Assembly: GCA_040182905.1 (NCBI GenBank)
Contig: JARQWU010000086.1
Span: forward strand, 1 to 36,180
DNA length: 36,180 bases
Source of the DNA: Barthelona sp. PAP020
Lineage: Eukaryota
Reading direction: 5' to 3'
Shown: in pieces, positions 1-9,192 of the stretch
Position numbering within the stretch: position 1 is the first letter of the stretch
Layout of the letters: the number at the start of each line of letters is the position of its first letter
Translations under genes and position numbers: made by a program
Notes under the pieces: generated by a model
What the model was told of the DNA's origin: nothing
What the model saw: the letters and a program-made list of their open reading frames with translations, nothing else
The model's database searches: none

Positions 1-2
1 TT

Positions 3-104
3 GTTTCCTTGGATATTGATGAAATGAACAATCATAAAGAAAATTGCACACATTTAATTCAAAAGAATGCCTTTGTTGATGATGAAGAATACTCACAAAA
101 TTGA
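3..104 (+). CDS. 3' end of an upstream gene (partial, unknown product)
   Basis: Open frame from the window edge: VSLDIDEMNNHKENCTHLIQKNAFVDDEEYSQN, then TGA at 102-104. Coding-like composition followed by T-rich spacer. Confidence 0.6.
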   Translation, partial: VSLDIDEMNNHKENCTHLIQKNAFVDDEEYSQN

Positions 105-301
105 GTGTTGAATATGCGTTAATTGGTAAAAATATTTTTCGGTTGTTTTTTGTTTTGACATTATTCCAAATTTTTTGAGTTAAAAGTGCTAACCAAAGAA
201 TAAAACATATAATTTAGCGTGTTTGATAGTTTATTTTGGAGATTTGAATGTATAAATGTGTGATTTCACGATCTACTATCTCTTCTTTTTTTTTTCACAA
301 A

Positions 302-2593
302 ATGTTTTTATCATTCAAACATTCAATTCCTGAAAAGAATGATAAAATTAAGCGAGAACCATTCATAAGCGATGATGTATTTACACCCAAAAGTTCTAAA
401 TCTAATGAATTAGTGAATAGAGAAAATGAAAATGAAAATGAATCCGATGATTTTGACAGTTTCTTTGCAGATGTAGAAAGTAAGGAAAACACAATCAATA
501 GATCAATGAAAGTTGTTTCTGAAAACGTTGATTTCTTTGAAACAACAAATGTTGAAGAGGATGATGAAAATAATATTGATTATAATGGTGCAGCTCAAAA
601 TATTTTGGCTGAATATTTACCAAAAAGGTCACAGATAAGAAGTATTGAAAGTTTTGGCACATTAATTCCAATTCAAACCATTCCATTTGCTTCTAAATTT
701 AAAAAAATTGATAAAGAAGAAAATCAATCATGGTTAGACATTAATGAAATTCAAATACATGGTCTTCATTGTTTAAATCCAGTTTTTTCTTTTGATGAAC
801 TATCATTACATTCAGTAATTATTGATCAACTAGTTAACGATAATATTCAAAGTCCTTTTGCTATACAATCTGTTGCTATTCCACAGTTGTTGAATGGACG
901 AGATGTATTAGGAGTTGCTAAAACTGGTTCTGGAAAGACTTTAGCATATGTGTTGCCTATGTTGCAGCATATTCTTGTTCAACCTCCAATTTTTGCAAAG
1001 AGTGGCCCCATTGGATTGATTTTGTGTCCAAGTAGAGAATTAGTTGTTCAAGTTAGTCATGTTTGCCATTCTTATGGTGATATATTAGGATTCAATACTA
1101 CAAGTGTTTATGGTGGAACAGAAACAGCAGATCAGATTTCAGCTTTGAGCAGAGGCTCCCATATTGTTGTGGCAACACCCGGTAGATTGCTACATTTGTT
1201 ATCACTAAACAGTGGAAACATAATTAATTTATCACGAGTTTCTTTTTTTGTCATTGATGAAGCGGATCAGATGTTTGACAAAGGTTTTTCCCAGCAAATT
1301 GTTACTATTTTGAAAAATTTGCGAAAAGACCGTATCCTTGCAATGTTTTCTGCCACATTTTCCAAATCTATGGAAAGATTGGCTCGTGGTTCTTTAAAAA
1401 ATCCAATTCAAATTATTATTGGTGCAAGAAGACGTGTTTCTCCCAATATCAAGCAAATTGTTTGTGTTTTAGAGCACACGCAAAAATTTTTTGAACTTTT
1501 GAAAGTTTTGGGGAAATATTTCGAAAATTCAAAGACCCAAAATAGAACTTGTTTGATCTTTTGTGAGAAAGTTACAAATTGTGATTTTATTTTTGGTCAA
1601 TTGATTAAACTGGGATATAATTGTGGAATATTACATTCAGATATGGATCAATATGATCGAGATGATAATTTACAAAGTTTTAAGAATTTAGAATTTAATG
1701 TTCTAATTGCATCATCTGTAGCTGCAAGAGGCTTAGATGTGAAAGAATTAGATTTGGTCATTAATTATGATTGTCCAAATCATACTGAAAATTACATACA
1801 TCGTGTTGGAAGAACAGGTCGTGCGGAGAGAAATGGTGTTGCTGTTACGTTTTTAACAAAAGAAGAAGAAAAATTTTCACCTTTCTTGGTAAAAGTTTTG
1901 ATGGATAGTGGTACTGTTGTTCCAAAAGATTTAAAAGATATGTATGATTCATTTATAGATTCTATTAAAGATGATAAAAAATTACTTCGTCGTTATTGTG
2001 TCACTGATCGTGTTTTGAGTGGCAGTGGGTTCAATCCGGATGAAATTGTCAGTGGAAAGAAAGCTTTGGAAGAAAATGAAGAAATCAATGAAATTGATGA
2101 AATTGATAATCAACCGGAGAATTTTGAAGAAAATATTTACAATGTTAAAAAGGAAGATGTTGTTGCCACACAACAATCATCGAATGAAAAGGAAAATTCT
2201 TTTGATAATTTATCTTTGGAGGAAAAAATTCGAATGGTTAACAAATGGGTTGAAAATACTGATGGTTTTTCATTTGGAAATGGTGATACTATCAGTACAA
2301 GTATTGAAATCAATGATTTCCCAGATTCTTTAAGAATTAAATTGATACATAATGAATTTATACGTTCATTTAAAGAAGATTATGGTGTAACTATCATTCC
2401 AAAAGGCACTTACATATTACCACAAAAGAAGTCTCAGACTAACAATAGACCTCTATCCTTAGTTTTATCTGGACAAATAAATAAGGTTAATGTTGCAAAA
2501 AAAGTTCTTATTAATATGTTAAAAGATTCTTTAGAAACAATGCATCCAAAAGAAAGACTGGAATTTATTAGATTGCACAGTAAATTACTTTAG
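302..2593 (+). CDS. DDX46: DEAD-box RNA helicase, Prp5/DDX46 type (U2 snRNP/prespliceosome)
   Basis: Motifs: Q motif (PFAIQ), AKTGSGKT, PSREL, TPGRL, DEAD, SAT, ARGLD, HRVGRTGR. Also a Prp5-type C-terminal KH-like region (IEINDFP...GVTIIPKGTY...PLSLVLSG). ORF opens at 248; ATG at 302, after a T-tract, is the more likely start. Confidence 0.88.
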   Translation: MFLSFKHSIPEKNDKIKREPFISDDVFTPKSSKSNELVNRENENENESDDFDSFFADVESKENTINRSMKVVSENVDFFETTNVEEDDENNIDYNGAAQNILAEYLPKRSQIRSIESFGTLIPIQTIPFASKFKKIDKEENQSWLDINEIQIHGLHCLNPVFSFDELSLHSVIIDQLVNDNIQSPFAIQSVAIPQLLNGRDVLGVAKTGSGKTLAYVLPMLQHILVQPPIFAKSGPIGLILCPSRELVVQVSHVCHSYGDILGFNTTSVYGGTETADQISALSRGSHIVVATPGRLLHLLSLNSGNIINLSRVSFFVIDEADQMFDKGFSQQIVTILKNLRKDRILAMFSATFSKSMERLARGSLKNPIQIIIGARRRVSPNIKQIVCVLEHTQKFFELLKVLGKYFENSKTQNRTCLIFCEKVTNCDFIFGQLIKLGYNCGILHSDMDQYDRDDNLQSFKNLEFNVLIASSVAARGLDVKELDLVINYDCPNHTENYIHRVGRTGRAERNGVAVTFLTKEEEKFSPFLVKVLMDSGTVVPKDLKDMYDSFIDSIKDDKKLLRRYCVTDRVLSGSGFNPDEIVSGKKALEENEEINEIDEIDNQPENFEENIYNVKKEDVVATQQSSNEKENSFDNLSLEEKIRMVNKWVENTDGFSFGNGDTISTSIEINDFPDSLRIKLIHNEFIRSFKEDYGVTIIPKGTYILPQKKSQTNNRPLSLVLSGQINKVNVAKKVLINMLKDSLETMHPKERLEFIRLHSKLL

Positions 2594-2955
2594 TTTCTGC
2601 AAACTATTGTTATTTTTCATTCAAGTTATTCTTGTTCAGATATATTGTATTCAGATCTCTCCTATTTTGAAACATTTTTGTTCAATGTTTGGAACAATTT
2701 TTGTTTGTTGATATCTTTTATTTGGTGAGAAACTCATCAAATTGTTTTGTTTCTTTTTGCTTCAACAAAGATAAAGTGCTATTTCGTATTTCTTTTTTAT
2801 ATGAAAAATATTTTGTTCAAATAGCTTGATCTTCTCAATTGTAACCAGATAAAGATAATTATTCTCTTTTTTTGTTTGATGTTTTGTGAGATCATTTGTA
2901 ACAATTTTTAAATCAAACATTTTCACAACGAAAAAGAGAATTATTTACAATGTTT

Positions 2956-3981
2956 TTAGACAAAAACAGCAGCAGCATAAGTTTCAATAGCACAAACGTT
3001 TTGTCCGTTTCCTAAAACTTTAAAAAAACCATTTACTCCCCAATCAGTTCCCCAAGAATTTTGAATGACAAAGTATGGAGTGTTCTTATCTTCATAAGAA
3101 TAACCAACCATCATAACTGCGTGATTAGCGGTTCCTTTGCATACATTAGCATTACTGATAACACCAGATTTGTAGTATTGCAAGACATCAGCATAAACTG
3201 CAACAGAAAGAGGAGCATGTTGAGCAAGGAATTGATAATAATAAGCTTCAGCAGTAGGTGTACCGAGATTGGGAACAAATCCATAACGTACTGGTTTAGC
3301 ATAAGTTGTAAATTGAGTAGGATTGAAGGTACATTTCTTTTGTTCAGGAACGTAAGGATAATCTTTCCATAAGGGCAATCCAGTATCATGATCCATCAAA
3401 TAAGCCCAATTACGATGTGGCAATGAACCGTTACATCCATGAGAATTCGTATCACAATCAACAAACACAGAAGGAGATAAAAGCTTGGCTGTAGTTTTGG
3501 TAGAGATAGCATAAGTGGCAGCAAGTGTTTCACTGGAAGTGAAAGCATAACAAGATCCACAATGCAATTGATTTTGAACAGGAGATGTACGTCCGATAGA
3601 AGCCCAATTAAGAGCAGAAGGAATAGAAGCGCCAACATCTTTCAAAGGAAAGTCCAAAATAGGGCCATTCTTGATTTCTTCATGATCAATATTAACTTTG
3701 TTGAAAATTTCCTTGAATTCTTCAGAAGTTAAATCAGAAAATTTGGTAACACCATAAGATGCGGTGTCTTTTTCATTGAGTTCATATGACATGTCCAAAT
3801 TTTGTTTAAAAACTCCAAATCTATATTCGTATTCTTCAGGGGAAGCATATGATTTGCCAGTCTTGTGTTCATTTAAAAAATCAGAAAACAATGAAGAAGC
3901 TTGAGAATCAGCGTAATACTTGCTTCTATATGTAAATGCAGCCAAGAAACATAAACTTAACAAAAATAATTGTGTTTTCAT
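2956..3981 (-). CDS. Papain-family (C1A) cysteine protease precursor, cathepsin L/F-like
   Basis: Signal peptide MKTQLFLLSLCFLAAF (ATG at 3981). I29 propeptide with ERFNIN-like EYEYRFGVFKQN and GVTKFSDLT. Catalytic motifs QxxCGSC, NHAV and NSWG are present. Confidence 0.95.
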   Translation of the reverse strand: MKTQLFLLSLCFLAAFTYRSKYYADSQASSLFSDFLNEHKTGKSYASPEEYEYRFGVFKQNLDMSYELNEKDTASYGVTKFSDLTSEEFKEIFNKVNIDHEEIKNGPILDFPLKDVGASIPSALNWASIGRTSPVQNQLHCGSCYAFTSSETLAATYAISTKTTAKLLSPSVFVDCDTNSHGCNGSLPHRNWAYLMDHDTGLPLWKDYPYVPEQKKCTFNPTQFTTYAKPVRYGFVPNLGTPTAEAYYYQFLAQHAPLSVAVYADVLQYYKSGVISNANVCKGTANHAVMMVGYSYEDKNTPYFVIQNSWGTDWGVNGFFKVLGNGQNVCAIETYAAAVFV

Positions 3982-4403
3982 TTGGAAACTTGAATAATGA
4001 AAAATATTAATTTTCACGAATTTTCCAGATTTTGGGAATTTTTCCCAAAATATTGTTTGAAGGTTCATCTTTGTTTTATGATGGCAATAAAATCAGAACA
4101 AATATATTAAAAAGCATGAAATTTAAACAAGCTTTTCATTTTTTAAGTTACCTTTTCAACATTCTTCTTTCAACATAAATCCAAATTTTCAACAAAAAAT
4201 GGAAAAATTATTCAAAGTTTTTACATCCTGCAAAAAAGTTATTCAAAAGTCTCTTAAAAAAAAAAGAAAAAAGCATTTGTCTTTGTTTGGGTTGTATTAA
4301 GAAATAATTTGATTATTTAAAAAGAACAAATAATAAAAGAAAGAAAAATAAAAGTGCCAAAAACCACAAATTTTAAATTCAATATAGTGTTTTTATATTG
4401 ATT

Positions 4404-6650
4404 ATGAATGCTTATCAAGTGGTTAGAACCGTTGGAAAAGGTTCTTTTGGACAAGCTAAACTTGTCAGGCACAGAGAAACCCGAAAACAATACATTATCA
4501 AAACTATTCAAATTGAAAATATGGGAGCCAATGAAAGACGTGAAGCATTAAATGAAATTAGAGTTTTGTCCCAATTAAATCATCCATTTATTGTTAGATA
4601 TCGTGATTCTTTTGTTGAAGATCGAATTTTACATATTGTTATGGATTATGCTGAGAATGGTGATCTGCACAGAATGATAAAAGAAAGAGCCACACGAGGT
4701 GTTTTGTTTTCAGAAGATCAAATTTGGACATGGTTTGTTCAAATGTGTTTGGCTTTGAAACATGTTCATGATAGAAAAATATTGCACAGAGATTTAAAGA
4801 CTCAAAATATCTTTTTAACAAAAGATAGAAATGTGGCAATGGGTGATTTTGGTATTGCTAGAGTTTTGAAAAACACAATGGATTGTGCACATACCGCCAT
4901 TGGAACACCATATTATTTATCTCCTGAAATATGTGAAGATAAACCCTACAACAATAAATCTGACATTTGGTCTTTGGGTTGTGTTTTATATGAAATGGCC
5001 ACCTTAAAACATGCTTTTAATGCAAATTCAATGAAAGGGTTGGTCGCTCGAATTTTAAAAGGCTCTTATCCTCCTATTTCTTCAAAATATAGTCCTGAAT
5101 TGAGCAGAACAATTTCCATAATGTTACAAAGAAATCCTGCTTCTCGACCTTCAATTAATCAGTTGTTAAGAATGCCTGCTCTTCAAAGTCGTGTGCGTTC
5201 TTTACTTTCACAAACTTTAGTTAGAGCAGAATTCAGTCACACAATCATTCATAATAAAGGAATTGATATGAATAATGCTGATCTCCCTGATAGTGTTGCA
5301 AGACTTGATCCTGATTATCGTCGTCGACAACAACTTGCACAACCCCAGCCAAATAAGAGTGAAATAGTGGCTCAAGCTGCTCAAGCTGCCAGAAGAGCAA
5401 ATATGCAAAGAAATGCAGCAATTTCAAATAATATACCTCAGCCAATTTCAAGACAATCTGTTATTGAAAGATTAGAAGAGGAACGTCGAAAAAAAAGGGA
5501 ACAAGAACAGCTTGAAAAGGCTAAACGTGAAGAAGAAAGGAAACAACATCAACAAATTTTGGAAGAACAACGGAGAATAGCTGCTCGTAAACAATATGAA
5601 GAAAATAGAAAGCTTGCAGAGGAAAATAAAAGAAGGGCACAAATGGAACCACATGCAATTGCTCAACAAGCATTAGAAAGAATGCGTTTGGAAAAAGAAC
5701 AGCACCAACTTCGTGTAAAACAAGAACGTGAAAAAATTCTTGAAGAAAGAAGAAGGCAAGAAGAAGAAAGACAAAGAAAAGCTCGGAATGATTATATTCA
5801 GCAACAACAAGAACGCATTCGTTTGCAACAACAAAGAGATGCTGAACGTCGCAGAAGATTAATATCAAAATTGGAAAACAACAGCAAAAGACCGGAATCT
5901 GTCCAATCTATTTTACCAAACTATCAATATGAAAAGAATGTTTCAAATGTTGTTGATCCAGAAAAAGAAGAAAGAATTCAACGTGAAAGAATTGTAAATG
6001 AAAAGTTACATCAAGAAATAGTCAATAGAAAAAACACAATTGAAGAAGAACCTGTGTTAGAACAAGAAATGGAACCTAAAATGAACATAGCACAAAATGA
6101 AGATGTCTCTGATGAGGTTGAAGAAGAGAATGCAAAAGCAATGACCACCATGATATTAGAAATGGAAGACTTGATTGAAGCTGTTGATAAGAAATATGCT
6201 AAAGAAGAAGCAAAACGTCGTGTTGGAGAAAATGATGAAGAAGAAGAAGAAGAAGAAGAGGATGATTCTGATGAAACTGAAGAAGAAGAAGAAGCAATTG
6301 TTGATCATTTTGCTTTTGATCGTGAAGTTGATTTAAATAAAACTGGACACTTTAAAATGTTGGGAAAAACTTTAAAATTACCGAAACAAGATGATAACAC
6401 CAGTTTACTTGCTAGGATTGAATCTCTTTATATTTATTTGGAGGAAGCTCTTGGTTCTGATGTATTTGTTCAAAGTTATCATAAAATGAAAGAGTTGGGT
6501 GACATGTTGGAAACCGAAGAAACTGAAGAAAAAGAAAAAGATGTTGAATTGATTCATTGTGAAATTGAAAGACTTTTAGGTGGAAAATTACATTTTGTCA
6601 ACGTTTTCAATCAATTATTGTATTGTCAAGATCGTTTCAATAATCCTTAA
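4404..6650 (+). CDS. NEK1: NIMA-related Ser/Thr kinase, NEK1-like
   Basis: GKGSFG, HRDLKTQNIFL, GDFGIARVL, GTPYYLSPE. Long E/R/K/Q charged helical region and a NEK1-type C-terminal helical domain (RIESLYIYLEEALG). First ATG at 4404. Confidence 0.93.
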   Translation: MNAYQVVRTVGKGSFGQAKLVRHRETRKQYIIKTIQIENMGANERREALNEIRVLSQLNHPFIVRYRDSFVEDRILHIVMDYAENGDLHRMIKERATRGVLFSEDQIWTWFVQMCLALKHVHDRKILHRDLKTQNIFLTKDRNVAMGDFGIARVLKNTMDCAHTAIGTPYYLSPEICEDKPYNNKSDIWSLGCVLYEMATLKHAFNANSMKGLVARILKGSYPPISSKYSPELSRTISIMLQRNPASRPSINQLLRMPALQSRVRSLLSQTLVRAEFSHTIIHNKGIDMNNADLPDSVARLDPDYRRRQQLAQPQPNKSEIVAQAAQAARRANMQRNAAISNNIPQPISRQSVIERLEEERRKKREQEQLEKAKREEERKQHQQILEEQRRIAARKQYEENRKLAEENKRRAQMEPHAIAQQALERMRLEKEQHQLRVKQEREKILEERRRQEEERQRKARNDYIQQQQERIRLQQQRDAERRRRLISKLENNSKRPESVQSILPNYQYEKNVSNVVDPEKEERIQRERIVNEKLHQEIVNRKNTIEEEPVLEQEMEPKMNIAQNEDVSDEVEEENAKAMTTMILEMEDLIEAVDKKYAKEEAKRRVGENDEEEEEEEEDDSDETEEEEEAIVDHFAFDREVDLNKTGHFKMLGKTLKLPKQDDNTSLLARIESLYIYLEEALGSDVFVQSYHKMKELGDMLETEETEEKEKDVELIHCEIERLLGGKLHFVNVFNQLLYCQDRFNNP

Positions 6651-7033
6651 ATTTTTTTTCTTTTTTTTATCCGAATTCCCATTTTGTAAATTTTTTATTT
6701 GGATCTATTTTTTTCTTTTGCAGAATGAAAACTTCTCAAAACAAATGTGAAAAATCCAGACACAAAAAAAGCTGAGATTTTTCTGGGTTTCTTCTTTTCC
6801 GTTAGGAGGAAAGTTTACTGTTTTTGACAGATTTTTAACCTTAAAAGGAGGTCAATACTTTGTGAAATTGGGGAAAACTTAATGGATTTTGATCATAAAA
6901 TCTTCTTGATACAATTACATGCTTCTTTTTATCAATTATGCAAGGACATATGATTTACTTGTGCCAAATTTAAAAGTGTAAACAACTAAAAAGTATGCAT
7001 TGAAAAACAAAAAAAAAAAAAGAAAATTCCACA

Positions 7034-8989
7034 CTATTTTACAAATCTTTCATCGTGATAAAAATTGTTTAAATCTAGTCTTTTAGCCAAATTCACAAAT
7101 ACCACATCACCAAATTTGACTCTTGAACTTTTTTCAGTCAATAATTTTCTAAACTCGTTCAATTTAATCATAAAATCTCTACCTGTTGTATAAATGACTG
7201 CTTGAAAGTTTTCATCTTTACTAAAACTATTTAAATTTTCACTTACAACTCCAAAATCATCATCATCATTAATTTCAATACAAGTAGATTGAAAGAAAGT
7301 ATCAGAATACTCATAAAATTTTTCACAATCATTCAAAAGTTTATTTATTATTTTAAAAGTGTTTAAGTCCAACAAAAATGATTGTTCCATGATTCTTTGC
7401 AATGTTGATTGATGTAATTTATTGATCTCATCCAAACTCAATTCTAAATTATTGTTAAAATCATCCAATAATTTATAAAATTGAATAGAAATAACGTCAT
7501 TCCAAATGTAAGCCATAAAAATATGAATAAATTGAATCATATTATGTCTTAAAATAAAAATGAAATTAAAAAAAGCTCTATTAGAATTCTTTTCTTTTAA
7601 AACTTTTGTTCTTTTATCATAAATCCATATTTTATTCAGCAAAAATTCAATATATTTTAATCTGAACAAAAATCTAAATAAAAATTGATAAATTCTAATT
7701 CTACCATCATTAAAAATTAATGAATATGGAAATAAAGGTTTCCATTCAATAAAAAGTCGTAAATACCCTTGTAAATCAATTTCATTTCTCATATCAATGT
7801 TACCAATTAAAGGTTTTTGTCTCACACCATGATCAAAATTGGTTATTTGATTTATAAAATGATCTTTAGAAAATTTCAATTCAAATTTGCCAGATCTTGA
7901 TAAATCTTGTATGTTGGGTTGACATGAATAGAAAAAACCTTCTATTTTTTTAATGTCAATGTCCAAATAATGGTTATTCAATTCAACAAAGGAAAGTTCA
8001 ATAAATTGAGAAAAAATATCCGATTGTCCCATTAAAAATAAATTTTGTACATTTGAAAAAATTGAAATTAAATTTCTGTCAATAAACAACTCTTTGTTAA
8101 ATAAAGTGATTGATTTACTCAACAAATTATTGATGGTTTCAGTAATTTTCAATTTCGACACTTCAAAAACCTGTTTCGAATCAACACTGATGAAATTTCC
8201 AAAATGATTTAGATTTTGTAACAAATCAACTTTAAAATCTTCTTCTTCAACTGACACATTCAATTTACTTAAATATTTTCGATAATTGGATAAAGATATT
8301 AAATTTTCATGCATAGTTTTATCATTATCTTCTAAAAAAAACGGTAATCTCGTACTCATTGAAAAATTAAATGAAGGAAATACATATAAAATATAAGTTT
8401 GTACAATTTTTGATAATAACTCATTTATTACATTATACAATACTCTATTACCTTTTTTATTGTTTTTAATCATTTCTAAATCATTAATGACAAAAGAATG
8501 AAGTGAAAAAAATTCAACTTTATCAAAATTTATATCAAAAAAAGTTATAATCCAATCCAATATAGAACTGAAATCAACAAGATCATCACCTATAGAATTA
8601 ATATTTTGATAACGTTTGTTTCCATTGATGTACTCCTTTTGCAAATAAACTATAAATTTTTCATAACTTTCTAAAATGTTTGAAATTCCTTCACTTAAAC
8701 TTTCTAAAACTATTTTTAATTCAATCCTTTTCAATGATTGAATTTCTTTTTTTAAATATTGCAATTTCTTTTGAATATTTAAATAATCACTTCCAACTTT
8801 TAATATTTGATTAACTCTAAAATATTCATATCTTTCATTATCAATAATGTTTGAGTTCATTTCAATTTTAACACGATTTTTGGAAACTTTAATAATGTTT
8901 AGATATTCTCCTTCATAACCCAACAAACCATAAAATAGGCCTAAAATCATTAAATTCTCATCTATATCATTATGTTCACCGCAATTCAT
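7034..8989 (-). CDS. TUBGCP4: Gamma-tubulin complex component (Spc97/Spc98 family), most like GCP4
   Basis: GRIP2-type motifs FLMGQSDIFSQFI, FPYSLIF...YQFLFRFL, LRHNMIQFI...YIWNDVISIQF and terminal LAKRLDLNNFY. Length of about 650 aa fits GCP4. Family is more certain than the paralogue. Confidence 0.8.
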   Translation of the reverse strand: MNCGEHNDIDENLMILGLFYGLLGYEGEYLNIIKVSKNRVKIEMNSNIIDNERYEYFRVNQILKVGSDYLNIQKKLQYLKKEIQSLKRIELKIVLESLSEGISNILESYEKFIVYLQKEYINGNKRYQNINSIGDDLVDFSSILDWIITFFDINFDKVEFFSLHSFVINDLEMIKNNKKGNRVLYNVINELLSKIVQTYILYVFPSFNFSMSTRLPFFLEDNDKTMHENLISLSNYRKYLSKLNVSVEEEDFKVDLLQNLNHFGNFISVDSKQVFEVSKLKITETINNLLSKSITLFNKELFIDRNLISIFSNVQNLFLMGQSDIFSQFIELSFVELNNHYLDIDIKKIEGFFYSCQPNIQDLSRSGKFELKFSKDHFINQITNFDHGVRQKPLIGNIDMRNEIDLQGYLRLFIEWKPLFPYSLIFNDGRIRIYQFLFRFLFRLKYIEFLLNKIWIYDKRTKVLKEKNSNRAFFNFIFILRHNMIQFIHIFMAYIWNDVISIQFYKLLDDFNNNLELSLDEINKLHQSTLQRIMEQSFLLDLNTFKIINKLLNDCEKFYEYSDTFFQSTCIEINDDDDFGVVSENLNSFSKDENFQAVIYTTGRDFMIKLNEFRKLLTEKSSRVKFGDVVFVNLAKRLDLNNFYHDERFVK

Positions 8990-9192
8990 TATGAACAAAA
9001 CCTATAAAATGAAAAAAAAAAAAGTGTTCCTTCACATTCATTATGTTGCCAAAATAATTACAAAATCACATGAGTGTGTGACAGAATATATTTATCTGGT
9101 AAGATCATCATAAAATTATTCAAATTCTAATTATTATCAATTGTCAAAACAAACGAATAAATATCATCTTATTTACAATTCAAACACATTCA

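Noticed and set aside
2861..2941. Long imperfect inverted repeat between the convergent helicase and protease genes
   Set aside because: Expected from opposing U-rich 3' regions of low complexity.
6686..6880. Intron-like GT...GCAG and several small hairpins after NEK1
   Set aside because: No ORF is restored by splicing and no snRNA signature is present; the stems are mostly A-T.
8999..9112. Possible intron or splice acceptor upstream of the GCP gene (minus strand T-tract then CATTTTATAG)
   Set aside because: The better donor (GTAATT) gives a frameshift, the in-frame one is weak, and T-tracts precede most genes here anyway.
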